Shown here piece after piece: positions 37,992-48,075 of a stretch of 64,000 bases of DNA (its first letter is position 1; every line of letters begins with the position of its first letter). A program made the position numbers and the translations under genes. Under the pieces are notes generated by a model. It saw only the letters and a list, made by a program, of their open reading frames with translations. It was not told the DNA's origin and made no database searches. Location of the stretch: contig OW818647.1 in assembly GCA_942492855.1 (NCBI GenBank), positions 1,142,264-1,206,263 of the forward strand, written 5' to 3'. The DNA comes from Armatimonadota bacterium. GTDB lineage: Bacteria > Armatimonadota > HRBIN16.

Positions 37992-40835
37992 ATGCCGCAA
38001 GAATTCATCGAGGTGCGTGGAGCACGTCAGCACAACCTGAAAAATATCGACGTTAAGATACCACGCGATAAGCTGGTGGTCATCACCGGCCTCTCCGGAT
38101 CCGGCAAGTCCAGCCTGGCATTTGACACCATCTACGCGGAAGGCCAGCGCCGCTATATGGAAAGCCTCAGCTCCTACGCGCGCATGTTCCTGGGGCAGAT
38201 GGACAAGCCCGACGTGGATGATATCATTGGGCTCTCCCCCGCGGTGAGTATCGACCAGAAATCCACCAGCCGCAACCCTCGTTCCACTGTGGCCACGGTC
38301 ACCGAAATCTATGACTATCTGCGGCTTCTATATGCCCGTATCGGCACACCGCGTTGCCCTCAGTGCGGCAAAGTGATCGCTGCGCAAACGGTGGAGCAGA
38401 TCACGGACACCCTCAGCGCGCTGCCTGTCGGCACCCGCATGCAGATACTCGCTCCCCTGATCAAAGGACGCAAGGGTGAATACCGGAAAGAGATTGAAGA
38501 GGCCCGCCGTAACGGCTACACACGCCTGCGGATTGACGGCGAGCAGTTGGACCTCACCACAGATGATATCCCTACCTTGGACAGATACAAAGCGCACGAC
38601 ATCGACCTGGTGCTGGACCGTCTGGTGGTCAAAGAGGGCATCGAGCGTCGGCTGTCCGACTCGGTGGAGACGGCCATGCGCATCGCGCAGGGCAGCGTCA
38701 TCGTCGATATGATGGAGCAGGGCGAACGCATCTTCAGCGACAAATTCGCGTGCGCCGACTGCGGCATCAGCCTGCCCGAGATTGAGCCGCGCAGTTTTTC
38801 GTTCAACAGCCCATTTGGTGCGTGTCCCGATTGCGCGGGGCTGGGCTTTCACTTCGAGTTTGACCCCGACTTGATCGTGCCGAACCCCAAGCTGAGCATC
38901 GCGAATGGGGCCATCGAAGCGCTGACCAATGCCAAAGGAGAGCTTCAAGGCAACTATGAGCGCGTGATAGGTACTGTGGCAAAACAGCACGGGTTTTCCA
39001 TCAAAACTCCGTATGAGGAGCTGGCTCCCGAGCACCAAAACATCATCATGCGGGGTGTTTCGGAGCATGTATCAGTCAGTGTGAAGAACCGCTGGGGACG
39101 CACCCACTATTTCGACACGCACTGGGAGGGTGTCTGCACCATCCTGCAGCGCCACCTGGACGAAACCGACAGCGACCGCATCAAAGAGGCACTCAACCGC
39201 TATCTCTCCGCCAAGCCGTGCGCCAAGTGCCAAGGAAAGCGACTGAAGCCCGAGTTCCTGGCGGTGCTGATCGATGAGCACAACATCAGCCAGATCGTGT
39301 GCATGAGCGTCGAGGAGGCCGTCGACTTCGTCGCGCAGCTCACGCCCAAACTGACCGAACGCCAAAACACCATCGCCCGGCAGTTGATCAAGGAGATACA
39401 CAACCGGCTGAGCTTTCTTAAGAATGTGGGGTTGAGCTACCTCACGCTGGACCGCTCGGCCGGCTCCTTGGCCGGCGGTGAAGCGCAGCGCATTCGGCTG
39501 GCTTCGCAGATCGGGTCGGGCCTGATGGGCGTGCTGTATATCTTGGATGAACCCAGCATCGGGTTGCATCAGCGCGACAATGGTCAGCTTATCAGAACTC
39601 TTACCCACCTCCGCGATATCGGCAACACCATCATAGTGGTGGAGCATGATGAAGAGACGATGATGGCCGCCGACTGGCTGATTGACGTCGGCCCCGGCGC
39701 AGGCGAACACGGCGGTGAGATAGTCTCCCAAGGCATCCCGCAGCATATTGTGGACGACCCGCTGAGCATTACAGGCCAGTATCTGAGTGGAGCACGCCGC
39801 ATCGCGGTGCCTTCAGAGCGCCGACAATGCGACGGCCGGATGGTCACCATCAAGGGAGCCAAGCAGAATAACCTGAAGAACGTCACGGTTAGCTTCCCGC
39901 TGGGCGTGTTGAGCTGCGTGACCGGCGTGTCCGGCTCCGGTAAGTCTACCCTGGTGCAGGAGACGCTATACCCACGGCTGCAGCACCACATCCATAACGC
40001 CCATCCCCGATGGGGGGTGCATGACGGAGTCGAGGGTATGGAGCATCTGGACAAGGTGGTCGATATCGATCAGTCGCCCATCGGACGCACACCGCGCTCG
40101 AACCCTGCCACCTATACCGGCGTGTTTGACCACATTCGCACCCTCTTCTCCGAGACGCAGGATGCCAAGATGCGCGGCTACACATCCGGGCGGTTCAGCT
40201 TCAATGTGAAGGGCGGCCGCTGCGAGGCATGCAGGGGTGACGGCATCATCAAAATCGAGATGCAGTTCATGCCCGATGTGTATGTGCCGTGCGAAGTCTG
40301 CAAAGGCCAGCGGTATAACCGTGAGACGCTGGAAGTGAAATTCAAGGGCAAGTCGATCGCACAGGTGCTGGAGATGACGGTGTCGGAGGCATTGGAGTTT
40401 TTCAAGGCCGTGCCCAGGATCTATCGCCGGCTGCAGACTATCCATGATGTCGGCCTGGATTACGTGCGCCTTGGGCAGCCCGCCACGCAGCTCTCTGGCG
40501 GAGAGGCACAGAGGGTGAAGCTGTCGACGGAGCTCAGCCGCCGCGCGACGGGTCGCACCATATACATACTCGATGAGCCCACCACCGGCTTGCACTTCGC
40601 GGATATCGAGAAGCTGCTGGGTGTGTTGCAGCGACTGGTCGATACCGGCAACAGCGTGCTGATTATCGAGCACAACCTGGACGTCATCAAGTGCGCGGAC
40701 TGGATCATCGACATGGGCCCCGAGGGCGGGCGCGATGGCGGTTCCGTGGTGGTGGAGGGCACGCCGGAGCAGGTCGCCGCCTGCGAGGCCAGCCACACTG
40801 GCCGGTATCTGAAGAAGCTGCTGGGACGCAAATAG
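37992..40835 (+). CDS. uvrA: Excinuclease ABC subunit A
   Basis: Two ABC ATPase modules ([14 protein letters not shown] and [11 protein letters not shown]), zinc-finger Cys clusters, and a length of 947 aa. Confidence 0.95.
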   Translation: MPQEFIEVRGARQHNLKNIDVKIPRDKLVVITGLSGSGKSSLAFDTIYAEGQRRYMESLSSYARMFLGQMDKPDVDDIIGLSPAVSIDQKSTSRNPRSTVATVTEIYDYLRLLYARIGTPRCPQCGKVIAAQTVEQITDTLSALPVGTRMQILAPLIKGRKGEYRKEIEEARRNGYTRLRIDGEQLDLTTDDIPTLDRYKAHDIDLVLDRLVVKEGIERRLSDSVETAMRIAQGSVIVDMMEQGERIFSDKFACADCGISLPEIEPRSFSFNSPFGACPDCAGLGFHFEFDPDLIVPNPKLSIANGAIEALTNAKGELQGNYERVIGTVAKQHGFSIKTPYEELAPEHQNIIMRGVSEHVSVSVKNRWGRTHYFDTHWEGVCTILQRHLDETDSDRIKEALNRYLSAKPCAKCQGKRLKPEFLAVLIDEHNISQIVCMSVEEAVDFVAQLTPKLTERQNTIARQLIKEIHNRLSFLKNVGLSYLTLDRSAGSLAGGEAQRIRLASQIGSGLMGVLYILDEPSIGLHQRDNGQLIRTLTHLRDIGNTIIVVEHDEETMMAADWLIDVGPGAGEHGGEIVSQGIPQHIVDDPLSITGQYLSGARRIAVPSERRQCDGRMVTIKGAKQNNLKNVTVSFPLGVLSCVTGVSGSGKSTLVQETLYPRLQHHIHNAHPRWGVHDGVEGMEHLDKVVDIDQSPIGRTPRSNPATYTGVFDHIRTLFSETQDAKMRGYTSGRFSFNVKGGRCEACRGDGIIKIEMQFMPDVYVPCEVCKGQRYNRETLEVKFKGKSIAQVLEMTVSEALEFFKAVPRIYRRLQTIHDVGLDYVRLGQPATQLSGGEAQRVKLSTELSRRATGRTIYILDEPTTGLHFADIEKLLGVLQRLVDTGNSVLIIEHNLDVIKCADWIIDMGPEGGRDGGSVVVEGTPEQVAACEASHTGRYLKKLLGRK

Positions 40836-40839
40836 CTAC

Positions 40840-41540
40840 GGCGGGTTGATGTGGGGCGTTCTGTGGGCAACAACAATAGCCAGTGGCCCAGTGCCGCGCG
40901 GTGTAGGAACCCAGATGATTACCCACTAATATGTGTCGGGCCCACCTTCCGGCCGTAAATCGATTGTCGGCATGCCGCGGGTTTAGTCACCCCAGACTAT
41001 TACCCACATCTCCCCGCCGCGCCCTGAAGGACGGCGGCTTATTAGCCGGTAAGCCGGCTTGAAGCCGGCTGCAGCCATGAAATCTGGTTTGAGAACGTGT
41101 AGAAACGGTGAGGTATGGTGTCATTGCACTTGGTGTCTCGGTATTTCAGACGTCTTTAGACGGCTTTTCGGATAAGAAGCCGCCGTCCTTCAGGGCGCGG
41201 CGGAGTGGCATACACCATCATATAACGATAAAACATTACGTTCCGACATGTGGGTAATAGACTGGGCTGAAAGCCCTGCGGCTAACTAGGCTCGAAGCCG
41301 GCTACCGGAATCCTGTTGCCGGGTGTGAGATGGGCTTCTTACCAAAATGCGATGTATGGCGTACCCCAGCCGGCTTCGAGCCGGCTTTTCGGGTACGTAG
41401 CCGCAGGGCTTTCAGCCCGCGGCCGTCGGCGTAATCGGTCAGCGTTACTGATTTATCCCCGTAGTTATATATGGGTCATTGACTGGGTTTCGTCACCCAT
41501 CGGTAATGACGAATGAATATCACCGAACTCAACCAAGGAG
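40840..41540. repeat. 700-bp repeat-dense intergenic region that includes a nested MITE-like element. Its roughly 50-bp inverted termini are CCCAGACTATTACCCACAT...CCGCCGCGCCCTGAAGGACGGCGGCTTATT and AAGAAGCCGCCGTCCTTCAGGGCGCGGCGG...ATGTGGGTAATAGACTGGG.
   Basis: The long inverted repeats are at 40985-41045 and 41170-41260. Extra hairpins GCCGGCTTGAAGCCGGCT and AGCCGGCTTCGAGCCGGCT are present. Confidence 0.65.
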
Positions 41541-41549
41541 AACCCAACT

Positions 41550-42740
41550 ATGCTTATCGCCCTGATCTTAGCTATTCTTCTATTTGGTTATAACACCGCA
41601 TGCACCGCATCGCCATACCAGCCGGGTATGCTTGCTAAATCCATACAGCCCGCGATTGACAAACATCAAATCGCCGGTGCGGTGATGCTGGTCGCCAACA
41701 AAGAGAAGGTCCTGGCCATTGAATCGGTCGGATATGCGGACCTTGAGACAAAACGCCCTATGAAAGCCGACACGACTTTCGTCATTGCCAGCATGACGAA
41801 GGCCATGACGTGCACGGCTATCATGATGCTCGTTGATGAGGGCAAATTGAAGCTAGACGATCCTGTAGAAAAGTATCTGCCAGAGTTCAAGGGGCAGATG
41901 GTGCAGGTGGAAGGTGACGACGAGCACAAACTGCTGCGAAAGCCGAAAGCCCCCATCACCATCCTGCAGGCCCTCAACCACACCAGCGGCTTGCTGACCA
42001 ACTACCCGTATACCAACCTGGTAGATACGCCTTCACAGTACCAGCGCGTATTGGCGGCGGCCTTAACCCCGCTTCAGTTTTAACCTGGAAGCCAATTTTC
42101 CTATGGCAACTGCGGTTATGAAGTCGCGGGCCGCATCATCGAGGTCGTCACTGGCATGAGTTACGGCGACTTCTTGACAAAGCGCCTACTCAAACCGCTG
42201 GGTATGAGCCAAACCCGCTTCATACCGACCGCAGCACAGGTAAGCCGGCTTGCTAAGCTCTACACCCCAAATGAAGCAGGAACAAAGTTGGAGGAAACAC
42301 CATTTCCTGTCACATACCCCCTCACTGACCGAAACCGGGTACCATTTGCCGCCGGAGGATTGGTCTCAGACGCGAAAGACATAGCGAAATACTGCCAGAT
42401 GATGCTTAACGGCGGTGTATACAAGGGCGTGCGCGTGCTGTCGGAGCAGGCGGTCGGTCAATCGACCACCACCACGACGGGCCACCTACTGAACGATGGT
42501 GTGACGGAAACTGGCTACGGTCTGGGTTGGAACACGGGGCAATACTTCGTCAGCGGAGATCCATTGAGTCGAAAGCCATACACTCACAGCGGAGCATTCC
42601 GCACAGATATGTATATCGACCCGGAGAACGAGTTGATCTATGTGTTTATGGTTCAGGTTGGCAACATGACCGACAGCACGCCATTCACCACACCATTCCA
42701 CAAGGTTGCTCTGGAGTGTTTTGGGAAGGCTGGGCGGTAG
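41550..42740 (+). pseudogene. Beta-lactamase-fold serine hydrolase (S-x-x-K = SMTK; Y-G-N motif) interrupted by an in-frame TAA at 42081-42083
   Basis: Track ORFs 41550..42083 and 42156..42740 are in the same frame. The 72-nt gap translates without a stop as PGSQFSYGNCGYEVAGRIIEVVTG, which continues the fold. Confidence 0.6.
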
Positions 42741-42862
42741 CGCTTTGTAGTATGGGACGGTGGATAGTTGTGACATGGAAATCGTTGATGTACAAGAAGG
42801 ATTTTAGATAGTCACTATTGAATAGATGATTGGTAGCTAACCACATAACAAGGAGCCATGAT

Positions 42863-43189
42863 ATGATCCAAGCCAATGGCGAATACGCCTGTCCAAAGTG
42901 CCATTTCACCCAGCCGTCGTCTACACCATACTGTCCACAATGCGGCCATCCTCAAGATCAACATGCCGAAGCCTCAAACGCCAGCAACGGATCACAGACG
43001 GTCTGGGAAGCACAAACCGAACTGCTTCGGTACGCCAAACTGAACCACCTGCTTAATAAATGGTGTTTGGCGTTGTTAGCGACACCAATTCTCTTCGGAT
43101 TAGTGGGTGCCATAATCGGTGTCTTATTCGCAGGTTGGTTTTCTCATGCGGTCAACGGAATAGTTCCGCAGTTTCCACTTGATGAATGA
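42863..43189 (+). CDS. Small zinc-ribbon membrane protein (CPKC...CPQC, then an AQTELL motif, then a C-terminal TM helix). It is a paralog of 63716..>64000.
   Basis: The start MIQANGEYACPKCHF has AAGGAG 7 nt upstream. The TM segment is ATPILFGLVGAIIGVLFAG. Confidence 0.5.
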   Translation: MIQANGEYACPKCHFTQPSSTPYCPQCGHPQDQHAEASNASNGSQTVWEAQTELLRYAKLNHLLNKWCLALLATPILFGLVGAIIGVLFAGWFSHAVNGIVPQFPLDE

Positions 43190-43263
43190 AATCGTTGGTT
43201 ACTGCAACAGAGGCGCCGTTTATGTAGGTAACCGCTCTGGCCAGGAATACTGGATCGGTTTTC

Positions 43264-43719
43264 TTGTTAGAGGAAACACCATTTCCTGTCACATTACCGC
43301 TTACTGACCGAAACCGGGTACCGTTTGCCGCCGGAGGATTGGTCTCAGACGCGAAAGACATCGCGAAATACTGCCAGATGATGCTGAACGGTGGTGTATA
43401 CAAGGGCGTGCGTGTTCTGTCGGAGCAGGCGGTCGGTCAATCGACCACCACCACGACGGGCCATATATTGAACGATAGCGTGGCGGAAACCGGCTACGGT
43501 CTAGGCTGGAACACGGGGCAGTATTTCGACAGCAGTAATCCGCTCAGCCGAAAGCCATATACCCACAGCGGAGCATTCCGCACAGACATGTATATCGACC
43601 CGGAGAACGAGTTGATCTATGTGTTTATGGTTCAGGTTGGCAACATGACCGACAGCACGCCATTCACCACACCATTCCACAAGGTTGCTCTGGAATGTTT
43701 TGGGAGGGCTGGGCTCTAG
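43264..43719 (+). pseudogene. Tandem partial duplicate of the 3' half of the beta-lactamase-family gene (matches 42290-42740 at about 95% identity)
   Basis: Its translation differs from residues 45-194 of ORF 42156..42740 at only a few positions. It has no N-terminal catalytic half. Confidence 0.6.
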
Positions 43720-43729
43720 ACTAATGGCT

Positions 43730-44010
43730 TATCGGACGGATCATTCAGATCCGTCCGATGCTACGCCTCACATGCTCAAAACCCAGTCATTTACCCACAT
43801 ATTTATACAGAGCCATTATGTCACCAATTCCGCGACATAAATGTCTCGGCTACTGAACAACAAGACTGCTGAAGCAGTCTGTGATGTCGTTATTAATATC
43901 GGTGCAGCGTTCCGAAGCCCGTTTCAACGGGCTTGATGATCAATAGCCGAGACATTGATGTCGCGGCACTAGATGGGTACGACCCCAATCTGTATTGGCA
44001 GGTAATCGGC
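43730..44010. repeat. Composite intergenic repeat (the CCGCGACATAAATGTCTCGGCTA...TAGCCGAGACATTGATGTCGCGG inverted pair, AAGACTGCTGAAGCAGTCT and CCCGTTTCAACGGGCTT hairpins)
   Basis: Near-identical to the element at 900-1070. Confidence 0.6.
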
Positions 44011-44020
44011 TGGCTAAAAC

Positions 44021-44416
44021 CTACGGTTCGCTCACATGCCCGACGGTACACCGCACATCCATACCACCGCGGATGTTGTATTTGGTCACCACCTGCAGCT
44101 CATCGGTGAGCAGTACCCTCTTCATATCTTCAAATATCCGCTTGGTGGCACCCTCCTGGTAGATGCCCACATCGCGATAGGAAATGAAGTAGTACTTCAA
44201 GCTCTTCAGTTCGATGATTTTGCCGCCAGTGGGTTTGTATTTGATCTGCACCGTCGCCACGTCGGGCAAGCCGGAGAAGGGGCAGACCGCCGAGAACTCT
44301 TTCGTCTCGATCTCGATCAACTGCTGAGGCATATCGAAGTCGACTACCTCCAGCGCTGCCGTGTCGATGGCATCCTCGGCCTTCAAATCGTAAATGCGTC
44401 CCTCTGCGTATGGCAT
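44021..44416 (-). CDS. queF: NADPH-dependent 7-cyano-7-deazaguanine reductase (QueF, YkvM type)
   Basis: The [20 protein letters not shown] region and the C-terminal IRGG motif are present. The start MPYAEG lies 1 nt after the queC stop, with GAGGAG upstream. Confidence 0.8.
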   Translation of the reverse strand: MPYAEGRIYDLKAEDAIDTAALEVVDFDMPQQLIEIETKEFSAVCPFSGLPDVATVQIKYKPTGGKIIELKSLKYYFISYRDVGIYQEGATKRIFEDMKRVLLTDELQVVTKYNIRGGMDVRCTVGHVSEP

Positions 44417-44417
44417 G

Positions 44418-45068
44418 TTATTCCGTCTCCTCATATTGTGTTGGATCAAAACCGCCAAGGGCCTCGCGCCGCTCCACGCAGGTACCGCATCTGCCGCAGT
44501 GCTTCTCACCACCCTTGTAGCAACTCCACGTCTGGCTGAAATCCACTCCAAGCTGCTGACCAACCAAGGCGATCTGCCGTTTGGTGAGCTCGGTGTAGGG
44601 CGCCATCAGCTCAATCCCGACATATGTGCCGTGATGGATCGCCTGATCCATGCTGTTGATGAAGGCGGTGGTGCAGTCAGGGTAGATGGCGTGGTCACCG
44701 GCGTGGTTGGCGATCCCAACCGCAGAGCAGTTCATATCCTCGGCGATCCCTGCGGCGATCGCCAGCATGATGCCGTTGCGGAAAGGTACCACTGTATTGC
44801 GCATCGACTCGTCGGTGTAGTGCCCCTCAGGAACCACCAGCGAATCGGTGGTCAGCGAGCTGTGGAACAGCTTCATGAAGTCCAGCGATATGACCCGCCG
44901 AGTGATCCCCAGCCGGTCGCAGTTCAACTCCGCCATGCGGCTTTCCTGCGCATTATGTTTTGCGCCATAATCGAACGACAACGCGAGTGCGATCTCATCG
45001 CGGTATTCATGCAGGAACACCGTGCTATCCATTCCACCGCTGTATACCAGCACGATTTTGGCCATCAA
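44418..45068 (-). CDS. queC: 7-cyano-7-deazaguanine synthase (QueC)
   Basis: N-terminal PP-loop SGGMDS and C-terminal zinc-binding motif CxxxxxxxCGRCGTC. Confidence 0.85.
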   Translation of the reverse strand: MMAKIVLVYSGGMDSTVFLHEYRDEIALALSFDYGAKHNAQESRMAELNCDRLGITRRVISLDFMKLFHSSLTTDSLVVPEGHYTDESMRNTVVPFRNGIMLAIAAGIAEDMNCSAVGIANHAGDHAIYPDCTTAFINSMDQAIHHGTYVGIELMAPYTELTKRQIALVGQQLGVDFSQTWSCYKGGEKHCGRCGTCVERREALGGFDPTQYEETE

Positions 45069-45252
45069 GCTTCCTTACTGTGCTCCCTTGTGTTGCGGGC
45101 ACATTTCATTTTACCTTCGCATGCAGGAATGTCAGAGGGCCAGCACATCTCAATAGAACACCGCCTGCGGTTCCCAGCCCCTCCCCATAAGGTAATATGT
45201 TATTGAAGCATATTCACGCGCGGTTCGCCGCAACACCTTAAGGAGCTACTAA

Positions 45253-46500
45253 ATGTCTGCAAATAGCAATCGCAAAGCCGTCATCCTCATCGGCGATGGA
45301 ATGGGCGACCGCCCCTGTCCAGAGCTGGGAGGCAAGACGCCCCTCGAAGCCGCCAACACCCCCAACCTGGACGCCATGGCCTCCAAGGGGATCAATGGCC
45401 TGATGGACCTCATCGCACCCGGCGTGCGCGTCGGCTCTGACACCGGCCACCTGGCTGTTCTCGGGTTTGACCCCTACGTGGTCTACACTGGCCGCGGACC
45501 TTTCGAAGCTGCTGGCATCGGCCTCAGCGTAAAGCCCGGCGACGTGGCTTTCCGTTGTAACTTCAGCACCGTCGAAGCGGATATGATGATCACCGACCGA
45601 CGTGCCGGACGCATCGAAGAGGGTACCGATCAGTTGGCTGCCGAGGTCAATGATGTGATGATCGAAGATGTAAAAATCCTCTTCAAGGAGAGTGTGGCAC
45701 ACCGCTGCGCGCTGGTTCTGCGCGGCCCAGGACTCAACGCACTCGTCACCGACAGTGACCCCCATGTCACCGGTGAAAAGGTGCTGGAAGTCAAGGCAAT
45801 CACCCCGGGTGATGCCGCTGGCGAAAAGACCGCACGCATTCTGAACGCCTTCATCAAGCTGAGCTTTGAGAAGCTGGACGTGCATCCCGTCAATGTGGCA
45901 CGCAAGCAGCAGGGGCTGAACCCTGCCAATATCATCCTGCCCCGCGGCGCTGGTCAGGCTCCCAACATCCCCAGTTTCAACGAGAAGAACCTGCTGCACG
46001 GTGCCTGCGTGGCCGAAACCGGCTTGATTAAGGGTATCGCTGACTTCGTGGGTCTTGACATTATGGACGCCCCAGGCGCGACTGGCGGCTTGGACAGCGA
46101 TGTGATGTCGATGGGCAACACTGTGCTGAAGGCGCTGGAGACACACGACTTCGTGCTGTGCAACGTCAAGGGACCGGATGTGGCCGCACACGATGGCAAC
46201 CCTGTGGCTAAAGTGGCGATCATTGAGAAGATCGACGCGATGGTGGGTATGCTTCTCGAGAAGATGGGCGACCAGACCTATCTGGCCGTCACCGCCGACC
46301 ATACCACCTCCTGCAGCTTTGGCGACCACACCGGTGAGCCTGTGCCAATCGTGATCTACGGCCCAGAAGTGCTGACGGACGATGTGCATACCTTCGGCGA
46401 ACGCCCAGCTCAGAAGGGCGGACTTTGTCGGTTCAGCGGGAAACACCTGGTAAACATGCTGACCAGCTTGATGAACGTCCAAGAAAAATACGGGGCGTAA
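45253..46500 (+). CDS. apgM: 2,3-bisphosphoglycerate-independent phosphoglycerate mutase, archaeal-type (ApgM)
   Basis: N-terminal ILIGDGMGD, metalloenzyme-superfamily motifs and a length of 415 aa. Confidence 0.8.
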   Translation: MSANSNRKAVILIGDGMGDRPCPELGGKTPLEAANTPNLDAMASKGINGLMDLIAPGVRVGSDTGHLAVLGFDPYVVYTGRGPFEAAGIGLSVKPGDVAFRCNFSTVEADMMITDRRAGRIEEGTDQLAAEVNDVMIEDVKILFKESVAHRCALVLRGPGLNALVTDSDPHVTGEKVLEVKAITPGDAAGEKTARILNAFIKLSFEKLDVHPVNVARKQQGLNPANIILPRGAGQAPNIPSFNEKNLLHGACVAETGLIKGIADFVGLDIMDAPGATGGLDSDVMSMGNTVLKALETHDFVLCNVKGPDVAAHDGNPVAKVAIIEKIDAMVGMLLEKMGDQTYLAVTADHTTSCSFGDHTGEPVPIVIYGPEVLTDDVHTFGERPAQKGGLCRFSGKHLVNMLTSLMNVQEKYGA

Positions 46501-46504
46501 GTCG

Positions 46505-47494
46505 ATGCACGTCGGCATCTTGGGGGCGGGCTCTTGGGGCACCGCCCTCGCCATACACCTGGCGAAAAAGGGAACGACCGTCACCCTGTGGGACCGTAAC
46601 CCCGAACATGCGACGACCCTTCAGAAGGAGCGGGAGAACGCCCGTTACTTAAGTGGGTATGCATTCCCGGAGTGCATCAACGTGGTGACGGAGATCGCAG
46701 AAGCCGTCAGCGGTTGTGAGCAGATCATCTTCGCGGTGCCGGTGGTAGGTGTGACCGATGTCGCAATTGACTGCAAGCCACACCTCAAAAACCAGCCCAT
46801 CGTCATCAGCGCCGCCAAGGGGCTGACTGATGAAGGCAAGCGGCCCTCTGAAGCGATCTCCGAGGTATTGGGACAGAGCATCAGTGCCATCGTGGCACTG
46901 TCTGGCCCCAACCTGGCTTTGGAACTCGCCCGGGAAGCTCCGTCTGCCACCGTGGCCGCCAGCCGCAGTCTGGTTGCGGCGAAGGCGACCCAGCAGATGC
47001 TGATGAACGATACCTTCCGTGTCTACACCAATCCTGATGTGATCGGTGTGGAGCTGAGCGGGGCTATTAAGAACGTGTTCGCTATCGCAGCCGGCATCAG
47101 CGACGGACTGGGGTTCGGCGATAACACCAAAGCGGTGCTGATCACCCGCGGCCTGGCCGAGATGACCCGTATGGGCATCGCGCTGGGAGCTCAGGAGCGC
47201 ACATTCATCGGACTGGCAGGCGTGGGCGACCTCGTGGCCACGGCCAGCAGTCGGCTGAGCCGAAACTACCGCGTCGGGCATTTTCTGGCAGATGGTCTGA
47301 ACCTGTTCCAGGCCCTTCAGGAGCTGCGCCAGGTTGCGGAAGGTGTCCCCACCAGCTATGCCGTGTGTGATCTGGCCGCCAGGCTGGACATCGAGATGCC
47401 CTTATGCCAGGTTGTGCGCAATGTGGTTGATGGCGGAATGAACATCCATCAGGCTGTATTTGAGCTGATGACACGCCCTCCGAAGCAAGAGTAA
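46505..47494 (+). CDS. gpsA: NAD(P)H-dependent glycerol-3-phosphate dehydrogenase
   Basis: N-terminal GAGSWGTALA Rossmann motif, GAIKNV, and a length of 329 aa. Confidence 0.88.
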   Translation: MHVGILGAGSWGTALAIHLAKKGTTVTLWDRNPEHATTLQKERENARYLSGYAFPECINVVTEIAEAVSGCEQIIFAVPVVGVTDVAIDCKPHLKNQPIVISAAKGLTDEGKRPSEAISEVLGQSISAIVALSGPNLALELAREAPSATVAASRSLVAAKATQQMLMNDTFRVYTNPDVIGVELSGAIKNVFAIAAGISDGLGFGDNTKAVLITRGLAEMTRMGIALGAQERTFIGLAGVGDLVATASSRLSRNYRVGHFLADGLNLFQALQELRQVAEGVPTSYAVCDLAARLDIEMPLCQVVRNVVDGGMNIHQAVFELMTRPPKQE

Positions 47495-48075
47495 GCCGCT
47501 ACCTTTCATCGGTCGGATCAGCGTGATCCGACCGATCTATTCCCTGTAAAACAGCCGCATATGCCCCGTGTTTATTGGCCCCCTATACTAATAGTATTTG
47601 GGTGACTGCTCAGCCCCGGCAATGGTTATTCATTATTACCCGCATGCGTCGCGGCGGTTTCCTGCGCCGGCCGGAGCGAAGCGACACCGGCCGCTAATGA
47701 TCTTCCACGCGGTGCAGGAACCCGCACTGGACGCAGTTCCCGGAGCGTCAGCTCCCGGAACGTAGTCGTGTGGGTGACTAAACCCGTGGCACGGTGGCTA
47801 GTCGTCTACAATCAGCACCGCCGGCCTTTGGCGACGGGTTCCGTGGCCCGTCCGTGACTGCGTCCCGGTACGGGCACTGTCACCCATCGCTGATCAATAT
47901 CGGCCCCCTTCTGCGGGCTGTCACCCATCAGACCGGAGTGGGCCTGAGACCTCTGCCACCGCTGGCGACGCGCCAGACCGTCGCGGACATTGCCATTCAA
48001 GGCTGAGAAGTTACGTATTTGGGGTATAATCAAACTGATCATTCACCTGTTTGCACACAAACACGGGAGGCTACG

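Noticed and set aside
45069-45240. preQ1 riboswitch upstream of queC-queF
   Set aside because: The leader (GCCCGCAACACAAGGGAGCACAGTAAGGAAG) does not match the preQ1-I hairpin/A-tail consensus that I recall. No call is made without a cmsearch.
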